Made by a program: the position numbers and the translations under genes. Below the pieces are notes generated by a model. The model did not search any database. It saw nothing but the letters and a program-made list of their open reading frames with translations, and was not told the DNA's origin. From Halomicrobium mukohataei DSM 12286 (lineage in GTDB: Archaea > Halobacteriota > Halobacteria > Halobacteriales > Haloarculaceae), in NCBI RefSeq assembly GCF_000023965.1, contig NC_013202.1:2190001-2222000 (forward strand): 32,000 nucleotides of DNA. The letters run 5' to 3'. Shown piece by piece: positions 8,076 to 16,532 of the stretch (positions within the stretch are counted from its first letter, which is position 1; each line of letters starts with the position of its first letter).

Positions 8076-9690
8076 TCTGTTGTTCCCTCCCGAGGATGAC
8101 GAGCATCGACAGTCCGGAGACGACGACGAGTACGAGCGCCGGGACCGCGGCCTGCCCGTAGTAGCCGGACTCCTGGACCCGCCAGATGTACGTGACGAAG
8201 GTCTCGAATCCCAGCGGCCGCAGCATCAGCGTCGCCGGGAGCTCTTTCATCGTCGTCAGGAAGACCAGCGCGCCGCCGGCCGCGATACCGGGCGCGACCA
8301 GGGGCAAGACGACCTTCCGGAAGGCCGTCAGCGGCGGATATCCCAGCGACCGAGCGGCCTCGACGTAGCTGGGATCGACCTGTAACAGCGACGACTTCGT
8401 CGTCCCCACCGCCTGTGGCATGAACCGGACGACGTAGGCGAACACGAGCAGGAACACCGTGTTGTAGACGAAGGGGACGTACTTGAGGCTGAGAAAGACC
8501 AGCGCGAGGCCCAGCACGACGCCCGGGACCGCGTAGCCGACGTAGCTCAGTCGGTCCGGCAGCGAGCTGATCCGCGAGTCGCCACGGGCCGCGAGGTACG
8601 CCAGCGGAAGCGCGACGACGACGCTGACCGCCGCCGCCGCGGCCGCGACGGTCAGCGAGTTCCAGGCAAAGCCCAGCTCGAAGGGCCGGCCAGCACCCGA
8701 GTAGCCGACGCCGCCCCTGACGAGCCACTGCAGGAGGATCGCGATCGGGAGCGCGAGTCCGAGCGTCGCGACCGCGCCACAGAACAGCGTCGCCGGGAGC
8801 TTCCAGACGCCGAGTTTGATCTCGCCGGGGCGGCGCGCGCCGCGACTGACGTACGCGCCGTCTCGACCGGCCTCGATCCTGGACTCGACGGCGAGGATGA
8901 CGACGGCCATCGCGAGCAACAGCCACGAGAGCACGGCGGCGTAGTCGATCCGGCGCGCCCCGAACTCGTTGAAGATCATCCGGGTGAACACGTCGTACTT
9001 CATGATCGACGGCGTCCCGAAGTCGCCCAGCGTGTAGAGGGCCACGAGCAGTCCGCCGCCCGCGATCCCCGGCAGGATCTGGGGGAGCGTGACGCGCTTG
9101 AACGCCTCCCAGCGCGTGTGATTGAGCGACCGTGCGGCCTCGACGATCGTCCCGTCGAACGACAGCAGGGCGGCCCGTGTCGTCAGGAAGATGTAGGGGT
9201 ACGTAAACAGCGTCAACACCAGCGTCGCACCGGGCAGCCCGTAAATCGCAGGAATCTGGTCGACGCCAAGCGGTGCGAGCAGGTCCGAGAGGTGGCCCTG
9301 CGGCCCGAACGCCGAGACGAACGCGAACGCGCCGATGTAGCTGGGGACGACCAGCGGCAACGCGCTCGTGACCGTCCAGAACCGGCGGAAGGGGAGGTCC
9401 GTCTGGACCGTCAGAATCGCCAGCGGAACGCCGACGAGCGCGGACAACAGGGTCACGCTGCCCACCAACACGATCGTGTTCGCCGTCACCTCGATCGTCG
9501 TCTGGCTGGTGAGCAACTCGATCGCACGCACGGCATCCATCTCGCCGGCCCGGAGGACGAGCCAGGCGAGCGGCGAGAGCACGAGGAGCGTGATCGCGAC
9601 AGCGACGCCGGAGAGCACCCTGGAGGCGGAGCGTTCGGTGGTCGCTCCCTGGGTCTGCTCGGCGATGCGGTCGCGATCTCCGGTGGCCAT
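8065..9690 (-). CDS. ABC transporter permease, duplicated two-module type (FbpB/ThiP-like)
   Basis: 541 aa, about 12 TM segments, with two EAA loops (VEAARSLNHTRWEAFKRVTLPQILPG and VEAARSLGYPPLTAFRKVVLPLVAPG). It overlaps the ATPase start by 11 nt. Confidence 0.9.
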   Translation of the reverse strand: MATGDRDRIAEQTQGATTERSASRVLSGVAVAITLLVLSPLAWLVLRAGEMDAVRAIELLTSQTTIEVTANTIVLVGSVTLLSALVGVPLAILTVQTDLPFRRFWTVTSALPLVVPSYIGAFAFVSAFGPQGHLSDLLAPLGVDQIPAIYGLPGATLVLTLFTYPYIFLTTRAALLSFDGTIVEAARSLNHTRWEAFKRVTLPQILPGIAGGGLLVALYTLGDFGTPSIMKYDVFTRMIFNEFGARRIDYAAVLSWLLLAMAVVILAVESRIEAGRDGAYVSRGARRPGEIKLGVWKLPATLFCGAVATLGLALPIAILLQWLVRGGVGYSGAGRPFELGFAWNSLTVAAAAAAVSVVVALPLAYLAARGDSRISSLPDRLSYVGYAVPGVVLGLALVFLSLKYVPFVYNTVFLLVFAYVVRFMPQAVGTTKSSLLQVDPSYVEAARSLGYPPLTAFRKVVLPLVAPGIAAGGALVFLTTMKELPATLMLRPLGFETFVTYIWRVQESGYYGQAAVPALVLVVVSGLSMLVILGREQQNGT

Positions 9691-10883
9691 CAGAGGACGC
9701 CGACCTCACGCAGCATGTCGACCGTCCCGCCCAGATCCGATAGCTCGCCGAGATCGATGTCCGGCGGATTCAGCTCGTCGATCGTCGGGAGGTCGCCGAC
9801 CGGCTCGACGCCCGAGATCATCGGGTAGGCGTAGGTCCGGGTGGCGAAGAACTCCTGGGCCTCCGCCGAGAGGACGTGTCGGAGGAAGTTCTCCGCGAGC
9901 GCCTTGTTCTCGGTGCCGTCGAGGATCTGGGCACCGGAGACGTTGACCAGCGCACCGGCGTCGCCCTCGGTGAACGCGAGGTCGATCGGGGCCGAGGATC
10001 GGTCGCTCTGGACCCGCAGCGAGTAGTAGTGGTTCGCGAAACCGGCCGAGATCTCGCCGTCGGCCACGCGGTTCGAGACGGCGAACTCGTTGTCGTAGGT
10101 CGTGACCCCGAGGTCCTGCATGGACTGGAGCCACTGACGAGTCGTCTCGTCGTCCTCGATGACACGCATGGCGGTCACGAACGACTGGAAGGCGCTGTAA
10201 CTGGGTGCCCAGCCGAAGGAGTCTCCGAAGGCGCTCGTCTCGGGGAACGCCGCGACCGTACTCGGCACGTCACTGGCCGAGAGTTCGTTCGTGTTGTACG
10301 GGATCGCGCGGGCGCGGCCGGCGAAGCCGACCCAGCGGTCCTCGCTGTCCTTGAAGGCGTCGCGAACGGGATCTGTCACTTCGGCGGACATCGACACGGC
10401 GGCACCGTCCTCGGCGACCGACCCCAGCGAACCGGCGTCGACGGCCATGAACACGTCGGCCGGCGTGCTGCCTGCGCGGTTCTCTTCTGCGATCCGGTTG
10501 GCGAGGTTGCTCGCCGACTCCTGCTGTGCGCTCACACTGAAATCGGGGTAGATCTGTTCGAGGAGATCGACCAGGTCGAGGTAGAGACCGCTCTCGCCGC
10601 CGCCGAGATACATCGTCAGTTCGCCCGAGAGGTCCGGGAGGTCGTCGATGCTGGTCCCCTCCGGGGCGGAGCGTTGCTCGACGAGCGGACCAGAGCCACG
10701 GAAGTCACCGAGCGATAGCTCGCTGGCGCTCGTGCCGTCGCTTCCACCGGGGAGCATATCCGTGCATCCGGCGAGCGCGCCGGCAGCGAGCGTGCCGCTG
10801 GCGGCCAGGAATCCGCGTCGTGACGACGGACGCGAGCGATCTCGATCCGATCGGTCGGCGTCGTCAGCGTTGTGTTCCATCAT
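9690..10883 (-). CDS. ABC transporter substrate-binding lipoprotein, Fe(III)-type (thiamine-type not excluded)
   Basis: Tat motif SRRGFLAASG followed by the lipobox LAGC. The periplasmic binding-protein layout includes GFANHYYSL, resembling the NxYY iron-ligand motif of FbpA-type proteins. There is a 1-nt start/stop overlap with the permease gene. A second ATG at 10880 is an alternative start. Confidence 0.8.
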   Translation of the reverse strand: MMEHNADDADRSDRDRSRPSSRRGFLAASGTLAAGALAGCTDMLPGGSDGTSASELSLGDFRGSGPLVEQRSAPEGTSIDDLPDLSGELTMYLGGGESGLYLDLVDLLEQIYPDFSVSAQQESASNLANRIAEENRAGSTPADVFMAVDAGSLGSVAEDGAAVSMSAEVTDPVRDAFKDSEDRWVGFAGRARAIPYNTNELSASDVPSTVAAFPETSAFGDSFGWAPSYSAFQSFVTAMRVIEDDETTRQWLQSMQDLGVTTYDNEFAVSNRVADGEISAGFANHYYSLRVQSDRSSAPIDLAFTEGDAGALVNVSGAQILDGTENKALAENFLRHVLSAEAQEFFATRTYAYPMISGVEPVGDLPTIDELNPPDIDLGELSDLGGTVDMLREVGVL

Positions 10884-10887
10884 TGGA

Positions 10888-10903
10888 TTTAGGCCCTCCT
10901 AAA
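10888..10903. promoter_or_regulatory. 16-bp palindrome family, copy 2 (TTTAGGCCCTCCTAAA, perfect arms)
   Basis: Lies 5-20 nt upstream of the substrate-binding protein ATG (10883), between it and a TATAAG at -24..-29 on the minus strand. The whole spacer to the upstream RGP-like gene is only 34 bp. Confidence 0.55.
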
Positions 10904-10917
10904 GGACTTATACCTTT

Positions 10918-12078
10918 CTAATCGTCCGCCGGTACGGCCGCCGGTTTTTCGCTGACGCTTCCGGGGTCGATCTCGTCGAGACAGCTCAGCCAGTCGAGCA
11001 TGTACTCCCCGCAGTAGTTCAGGAACGGCCCGTTCTCCCAGTCGTCGAAGTCGCCCTCGGCGAGGGCCCGTGCCATCGCTCGGAACACACCGGCGTAGCT
11101 GTCAGCGTCGTCGCCGACCTCGTCGACGATCTCCCAGACGTGCTCGTTCAGTTCGAGTCCGTGGACCTCGTTGGTCAGGTCCGAGAACGTCGAGCGCGGG
11201 GCCTTGTTGTGCTCACAGAGCGGGTCGCCGTTGTACACCTGCTTGCCGAGCACGTCGGCCGCGCGTTTGAGGAAGAGACCGCTCCAGATGTCGTCGAAGC
11301 GGCCCACGTCCCAGCGGTTGTCGTCCATGGGCAACTGGTAGAAGGCGGGGATCACTTCCCGACGGAAGGCGAGGTTCATCGAGCAGACGGTGAGGTACTG
11401 GCCCGGTGCGGCGACGAAGTCCGTCCCGTAGTCCTCGCTGGTCGTGCGCGTCTGGGCCTGGCCCTGGAGGTCGCCGTCCATCAGGATCCGGACCGCGTCG
11501 AGGTCGGGGACGTTCGTCCAGAGGCCCTGTGAGGCGACGACCTCGTCGACGTGGGCGGTCTCGGTCTCGACGGTCTCGTCCATGGCGGCGTAGGGGTAGC
11601 CACGCGGGTAGAGGTCGTGGTCGGACTGATAGAGGACGTTGACCCACTGCTCGTCCGAGCGGACCTGCTCGATCTCGCCGTCGTGGTCGAGGTTTCGCAT
11701 GTGGGTGCCAAAGAAGTCCACGTCGTCGTGGGGGAGCGTGTCGTCGTCGATGAACACGCCGTACTCGAAGTCGTTGGCCCACATGTACAGCAGGCCGAAG
11801 GAGGTCTGTGCGTGACTGGCCTCGGGAATCAGGTGGTCGTACTCGCCCGCGCCCTGCCGTTCGAACCACTCGGTGCGTCGCGAGCCGTCGAACACTTCGC
11901 CGTCGACGCCCAGATCGTCGATCAGCGCGGCCATTTCGTCGGTGTCACAGAAGTCCTCTGTCACGAGAACGAACGACAGGCGGTCGGTGTCGAAGCCGTG
12001 TCGACGCGCGTTCTCGACGTACGCCTCGATACACTCGTACTCCCTGATCGTCGGAACGACGACGCAGATGTCGGTCAT
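10918..12078 (-). CDS. reversibly glycosylated polypeptide (RGP)/GT75 family homologue (plant UDP-arabinopyranose mutase family)
   Basis: Collinear matches to plant RGP1 as I recall it: VVPTIRE, IDDDTLP (plant IDDDCF), YPRGYPY (plant VRGYPF), SQGLWTNVPDLDA (plant SHGLWLNIPDYDA), CSMNLAFRRE (plant CGMNLAFDRD), GRFDDIWSG (plant GRYDDMWAG). Confidence 0.8.
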   Translation of the reverse strand: MTDICVVVPTIREYECIEAYVENARRHGFDTDRLSFVLVTEDFCDTDEMAALIDDLGVDGEVFDGSRRTEWFERQGAGEYDHLIPEASHAQTSFGLLYMWANDFEYGVFIDDDTLPHDDVDFFGTHMRNLDHDGEIEQVRSDEQWVNVLYQSDHDLYPRGYPYAAMDETVETETAHVDEVVASQGLWTNVPDLDAVRILMDGDLQGQAQTRTTSEDYGTDFVAAPGQYLTVCSMNLAFRREVIPAFYQLPMDDNRWDVGRFDDIWSGLFLKRAADVLGKQVYNGDPLCEHNKAPRSTFSDLTNEVHGLELNEHVWEIVDEVGDDADSYAGVFRAMARALAEGDFDDWENGPFLNYCGEYMLDWLSCLDEIDPGSVSEKPAAVPADD

Positions 12079-12094
12079 TAGTTGCCCACATCTC

Positions 12095-12110
12095 TTTAGG
12101 CAACCCTAAA
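12095..12110. promoter_or_regulatory. 16-bp palindrome family, copy 3 (TTTAGGCAACCCTAAA, perfect arms)
   Basis: Lies 17-32 nt upstream of the RGP-like gene ATG (12078). Its distal arm coincides with the expected TATA position (TATTTTAGG on the minus strand). Confidence 0.55.
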
Positions 12111-12282
12111 ATACTTGTCGTTGTCCGCTACCACCCACGAAGGAAGTCCAGAGATAATTTGCCGATCGGTAATGAATGTATGTAGTAAATATCGCCTGGG
12201 CAAGGAGAACTATTATTTGCTTGCCCGCGGCGTGTTCCAGTACCATGAACAGACGAACTACTGGGGGTGAGCGCGGCCAGCC

Positions 12283-13026
12283 ATGAATCTCGATGGCCAG
12301 ACCTGCGTCGTAACCGGGTCGTCGCGCGGGATCGGACGCGGTATCGCCAAAGACCTGGCCGCCCACGGGGGCGACGTCGTAGTGAACTACCGATCGTCGG
12401 AAAACGAAGCCGGGGCCGTCGTCGAGGATATCGAAGACGACGGCGGCACTGCGATGGCCGCACAGGCCGACATCTCCGAGCAGGACGACGTGGAATCGAT
12501 GGCCGCGGCGGTACACGATACGTTCGGGTCGGTGGACGTACTCGTCAACAACGCCGGGATCACCATCGACAAGAAGTTCGAGAACATGACCCGCGAGGAC
12601 TGGGAGACGGTCATCGACGTGAACCTCGGCGGCGTGTTCAACTGTACGAACGCCTTCTACGACGACATCGAACAGTCGGACACCGGACGGCTGATCAACA
12701 TCTCCTCGGTCGTCGGCCAGCAGGGCAACTACGGGCAGGCCAACTACGCGACGACGAAGTCCGGTCTGTTCGGGTTCACGCGCACGCTCGCGCTCGAACT
12801 CGCCGACACCGGCTCGACGGCCAACTGCATCGCGCCGGGGTTCGTCGCCACGGACATGCTCGAAGAGGTGCCAGAGCGCGTCCAGGAGAAGATCCTGCGA
12901 GAGATTCCGCTGAACCGGTTCGCCACGGTCGAGGACATCTCGGGGATCGTCCGGTTCGTCGCCAGCGAAGAATCGAGCTACATGACCGGACAGGTGCTCG
13001 GCGTCAACGGCGGCATGGAGTGGTAA
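12283..13026 (+). CDS. fabG: short-chain dehydrogenase, 3-oxoacyl-ACP/acetoacetyl-CoA reductase type (FabG/PhaB-like)
   Basis: TGSSRGIGRGIA cofactor motif, NNAG, and the catalytic S...YxxxK (NISSVVG ... YATTKSG). 247 aa. The SD-like GGGGGTGA lies 12 nt upstream of the ATG. Confidence 0.9.
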   Translation: MNLDGQTCVVTGSSRGIGRGIAKDLAAHGGDVVVNYRSSENEAGAVVEDIEDDGGTAMAAQADISEQDDVESMAAAVHDTFGSVDVLVNNAGITIDKKFENMTREDWETVIDVNLGGVFNCTNAFYDDIEQSDTGRLINISSVVGQQGNYGQANYATTKSGLFGFTRTLALELADTGSTANCIAPGFVATDMLEEVPERVQEKILREIPLNRFATVEDISGIVRFVASEESSYMTGQVLGVNGGMEW

Positions 13027-13027
13027 G

Positions 13028-14623
13028 ATGAGTGAGCACGACGCGGATCAGGAAGACGAACAGGTGACTGACGACGCGGTCTCGGACCCCATCGAGGAGC
13101 TTCGGGAACGCAAACGCGAGGCCCAATTGGGCGGCGGCGAGGACCGCATCCAGGCCCAGCACGACAAGGGGAAGATGACCGCCCGCGAACGGATCGACTT
13201 CCTCGTCGACGACGGCACGTTCAACGAGATCGATCCGTTCGTCGAACACCGATCGACGAACTTCGGAATGGAAGAAAAGCAGTTCGCGGGCGACGCCGTC
13301 GTGACGGGCTACGGCGAGGTCGACGGGCGGAAGGTCTTTCTGTTCGCTCACGACTTCACCGTCCTCGGCGGCTCCGTCGGCGAGGTCGTCGCCGACAAGA
13401 TCTGCAAGGTGATGGACAAGGCCATCGAGAACGGCGTGCCCGTCATCGGGCTGAACGACTCCGGCGGCGCGCGCATTCAGGAGGGCGTCGACTCGCTCGT
13501 CGGCTTCGCCAAGATCTTCCAGCGCAACACGGAGGCCTCGGGACTGATCCCGCAGATCTCGGCGATCATGGGGCCGTGTGCCGGCGGCGCGACCTACTCG
13601 CCCGCGCTGACGGACTTCACCTTCATGGTCGAGGACACCAGCCACATGTTCATCACGGGGCCGGACGTGATCGAGACGGTCACCGGTGAACAGGTCTCAA
13701 AGGGCGAACTCGGCGGTGCGGGCTCACACTCCTCGAAGTCCGGCGTCGCCCACTTCGCGTACCCGAGCGAGGAGGCCGCACTGGAGAACATCCGACGGCT
13801 CCTCTCGTATCTCCCACAGAACAACATGGAGGACCCGCCGCGGGTCAAACCGTGGGACGAACCGGACCGCGAGGTGCCGGAGGTCACGGACATCGTCCCC
13901 GACGCCCCGCGCAAGCCCTACGACATGACGAGAGTCATCGGGAGCATCGTCGACGAGGATTCGTTCTTCGAGGTTCACGAAAGCTGGGCGCGCAACGTCG
14001 TCGTCGGCTTCGCCCGCATGGACGGGCGCTCGGTCGGGATCGTCGCTAACCAGCCCCGGGTCAGCGCCGGGACGCTGGACATCGACGCCGCCGAGAAGGC
14101 CGCCCGGTTCATCCGGATGTGCGACTCGTTCAACGTCCCGATCGTCTCGCTGGTCGACGTGCCGGGCTTCATGCCCGGGACCGACCAGGAGCACAACGGG
14201 ATCATCCGTCGCGGCGCGAAGCTCATCTACGCCTACGCGGAGGCGACGGTGCCGCTGCTGTCCGTAGTCGTCAGGAAGGCCTACGGCGGGGCCTACATCG
14301 TCATGTCCTCGAAGTTCCTCGGCTCGGACGTGAACTACGCCTGGCCGGGTTCGGAAATGGCGGTGCTCGGACCGCGCGGCGCGGTCAACATCCTCTATCG
14401 CAACGAGATCGCCGAGGCCGACGACCCCGACGCCCGCCGGCAGGCGCTCATGGACGAGTTCCGCGAGGAGTTCGCTCACCCCTACGGGCCGGCCAAGCGG
14501 GGCTATCTCGACGACGTGATCGAACCGAAGGACACGCGCAAACGACTGATCGACGACCTCGACCTGCTGGAACGCAAACGCGAGGAGTCGCCGCCGAAAG
14601 ACCACGGCAACATCCCACTGTAA
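13028..14623 (+). CDS. pccB: acyl-CoA (propionyl-CoA) carboxylase carboxyltransferase beta subunit
   Basis: Typical carboxyl_trans family sequence ([63 protein letters not shown]...AG.LDI....KAARF...[13 protein letters not shown]). It starts 1 nt after the fabG stop. Confidence 0.9.
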   Translation: MSEHDADQEDEQVTDDAVSDPIEELRERKREAQLGGGEDRIQAQHDKGKMTARERIDFLVDDGTFNEIDPFVEHRSTNFGMEEKQFAGDAVVTGYGEVDGRKVFLFAHDFTVLGGSVGEVVADKICKVMDKAIENGVPVIGLNDSGGARIQEGVDSLVGFAKIFQRNTEASGLIPQISAIMGPCAGGATYSPALTDFTFMVEDTSHMFITGPDVIETVTGEQVSKGELGGAGSHSSKSGVAHFAYPSEEAALENIRRLLSYLPQNNMEDPPRVKPWDEPDREVPEVTDIVPDAPRKPYDMTRVIGSIVDEDSFFEVHESWARNVVVGFARMDGRSVGIVANQPRVSAGTLDIDAAEKAARFIRMCDSFNVPIVSLVDVPGFMPGTDQEHNGIIRRGAKLIYAYAEATVPLLSVVVRKAYGGAYIVMSSKFLGSDVNYAWPGSEMAVLGPRGAVNILYRNEIAEADDPDARRQALMDEFREEFAHPYGPAKRGYLDDVIEPKDTRKRLIDDLDLLERKREESPPKDHGNIPL

Positions 14624-14625
14624 CG

Positions 14626-14961
14626 ATGTCGTCACTCGAACCAACTGACGACGAGGAACCGACCGACGACGCCGACGAGACGACGGTGACCGTCACTGCC
14701 GGCGACCGGGAACTGGACGTGTCGCTCCCGGACGACGCGTCGTCGTCCGAGGCCGCGGCCATCGCCTCGGCGATCAGTGCCCACGTCACGGATCGCCAGC
14801 GCGCTGCGGCCGCCGCGGCAGCGGCGCGCGACGACGGACCCGAGTACGCCAACGAGTGGGTACTCGAAGGGCGTCTCGAACGCTTCGGCAAGCGCCGCCG
14901 TCCACAGCGCGTCGAGAAGGGCGACGAGTGGAAGGCGGCCGGTCGGTCGTTCTATCGGTAG
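14626..14961 (+). CDS. pccX: small acc/pcc operon protein (PccX-like accessory subunit of haloarchaeal propionyl-CoA carboxylase)
   Basis: The ATG lies 2 nt after the pccB stop. The 111-aa protein has an acidic N-terminus, an Ala-rich centre ([21 protein letters not shown]) and a basic C-terminus (W.LEGR...GKRRRP....GDEWKAAGR). That pattern matches the small proteins encoded downstream of haloarchaeal carboxyltransferase genes. The track shows it only as the tail of a longer out-of-context ORF (14119..14961). Confidence 0.7.
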   Translation: MSSLEPTDDEEPTDDADETTVTVTAGDRELDVSLPDDASSSEAAAIASAISAHVTDRQRAAAAAAAARDDGPEYANEWVLEGRLERFGKRRRPQRVEKGDEWKAAGRSFYR

Positions 14962-14964
14962 GAG

Positions 14965-15180
14965 CTACTCCTCGCCGTTCATCTCTCGGAGCACTTCGAG
15001 GTCGCGGGTGGTCTTCGCGAACTCTGCGGTGGGAGTGTACGCGTCGCAGTGATCACACTGGAACCGCTCTCCTGACGCCGGAAGCTCGGAGAGACGCTGT
15101 TCCCACTCGGTCGTGCAGTCGGGACACTGGAGCTGTATCCAGGCTTCCTGCATGTGTTCGTGTGACAGTGGCACACTCAT
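14965..15180 (-). CDS. small zinc-ribbon protein (71 aa, CxxC...CxxC)
   Basis: MSVPLSHEHMQEAWIQLQCPDCTTEWEQRLSELPASGERFQCDHCDAYTPTAEFAKTTRDLEVLREMNGEE has two CxxC pairs and an acidic tail. The 161-aa version in the track would overlap the thiolase start and has an unlikely basic composition. ATG at 15180. Confidence 0.6.
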   Translation of the reverse strand: MSVPLSHEHMQEAWIQLQCPDCTTEWEQRLSELPASGERFQCDHCDAYTPTAEFAKTTRDLEVLREMNGEE

Positions 15181-15301
15181 ATACTTTGTCCGGGCTCTCG
15201 ACCGCCGGGAACACGGGCCACAACGACAACTAGAGTGACAGGTCAGGGCAAAGACAACTGGAACCACAACGAACACAATACCCCCGCGAGTCCCCACCCA
15301 C

Positions 15302-16453
15302 ATGGGAGTCGCCGTAATCGAAGCGTCGATGACGAAGTTCGGCCAGCGCGACGCCTGGCTCCGCGATCTACTCGCGGAGGCGGGCGAGGAGTGTCTGTCC
15401 GACGCACCCATCGACAACGACGACGTGGAGCATCTGTACGTCTCGAACATGTCCAGCGGGGAGTTCGAGGGACAGACAGGCGTGATGAACTGGCTGGCTC
15501 ACGATCTCGGCCTGCTACCGGCCTACAGCGAGCGGGTCGATCAGACGTCTTCCTCCGGCGGTGCGGGGATCTACGAGGCCTGGCAGTCGATCGCCTCCGG
15601 CGCGAGCGAGATGACGCTACTGGTCGGCGGCGAGAAGATGACCCACAAGACCACCCCGGAAGCGACCGACATCATCGCCTCGATCACCCATCCCGACGAG
15701 TACAAACACGGCGTCACGCTGCCGTCTTTCGCCGGCCTGACCGCGCGTCACTACCTCGAACGATTCGACGCGCCCCGCGAATCGCTGGCGAAGGTCGCCG
15801 TGAAGAACCACCGCAACGGCGTCGACAACCCCAACGCGCAGTTCCAGAAGGAGATCACGACGGAGACGGCTCTGGAGTCGCCGATCGTCGCCGACCCGCT
15901 GCGCCTGTACGACTTCTGTCCGATCACGGACGGCAGCGCTGCGATGCTCTTTACCACCGAGGAGCGGGCGGCCGAGTTGACCGACGACTACGCCGTCGTC
16001 TCCGGGATCGGCGGCGCGACGGACACCCACGTCGTCCACGAGCGCGACGATCCGACGGTGATGGGCGGGGTCGTCGAGTCGAGCGACCAGGCCTACGAGA
16101 TGGCCGGTCTGGGTCCCGACGATCTCGACGTGGCCGAACTCCACGATATGTTCACGATCCTGGAGTTCCTCCAGCTGGAGGGGATCGGCGTCGCCGAGCA
16201 GGGCGAAGCCTGGGAACTCGCGATGGACGGCTACACGGACAGAGACGGCGAACTGCCGATCAACACCTCTGGCGGACTGAAGTCCAAAGGTCACCCGCTC
16301 GGCGCGAGCGGGGTCGCTCAAGGCGTCGAAATCTACGAACAGCTCGTCGGCGAAGCCGGACCGCGACAGGTCGAGGCCGACGTGGGACTGGCCTGTAACG
16401 TCGGTGGCTTCGGGAACTGTGTCATCACCACGATCATGGAGGCTGCAGAATGA
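15302..16453 (+). CDS. thiolase-fold protein (archaeal acetyl-CoA acetyltransferase / beta-ketothiolase catalytic subunit)
   Basis: An archaeal-type thiolase of about 383 aa (SSGGAGIYEAW, CPITDGSAAML, GGLKSKGHPLGASGV, NVGGFG), followed by its usual DUF35 partner gene. Confidence 0.9.
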   Translation: MGVAVIEASMTKFGQRDAWLRDLLAEAGEECLSDAPIDNDDVEHLYVSNMSSGEFEGQTGVMNWLAHDLGLLPAYSERVDQTSSSGGAGIYEAWQSIASGASEMTLLVGGEKMTHKTTPEATDIIASITHPDEYKHGVTLPSFAGLTARHYLERFDAPRESLAKVAVKNHRNGVDNPNAQFQKEITTETALESPIVADPLRLYDFCPITDGSAAMLFTTEERAAELTDDYAVVSGIGGATDTHVVHERDDPTVMGGVVESSDQAYEMAGLGPDDLDVAELHDMFTILEFLQLEGIGVAEQGEAWELAMDGYTDRDGELPINTSGGLKSKGHPLGASGVAQGVEIYEQLVGEAGPRQVEADVGLACNVGGFGNCVITTIMEAAE

Positions 16454-16532
16454 CTGCTGTTGCACACTCACTCGTCGGCGGCTCGTGTCGCGCGCAACGA
16501 TGTCACACTCGGTCACACGGGGGTGACCTCGC

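Noticed and set aside
10888-10903. Interpreting the TTTAGG-N4-CCTAAA sites as canonical DtxR/IdeR iron boxes.
   Set aside because: The canonical 19-bp box has TTAGG and CCTAA separated by 9 nt with an internal TTAG/CTAA repeat. Here the spacer is 4 nt. Only a loose half-site resemblance remains, so I report the motif as new and unassigned rather than as an iron box.
12211-12230. TATTATTTGCTTGCCCGCGG as a degraded half of the palindromic element family (compare TTATTGTAGTTGCTTACCGG).
   Set aside because: The match needs a 5-nt gap and several mismatches and lacks the partner arm. The similarity is within chance for a short AT-rich promoter segment.
12245-12286. A 13-codon upstream ORF (MNRRTTGGERGQP) whose TGA overlaps the fabG ATG (ATGA). 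A TATA-like TATTATTT at 12211-12218 is positioned to make it leaderless.
   Set aside because: The geometry is attractive, but such a short ORF with no conservation data cannot be distinguished from chance. An SD-like GGGGGTGA upstream of the fabG ATG offers a simpler explanation for fabG initiation.
16511-16528. Hairpin GGTCAC-ACGGGG-GTGACC just upstream of the DUF35 GTG start, as a translational control structure.
   Set aside because: The stem is only 6 bp, and the same bases form the SD-like GGGGGTGA. It is more simply explained as the ribosome-binding site of an internal operon gene.
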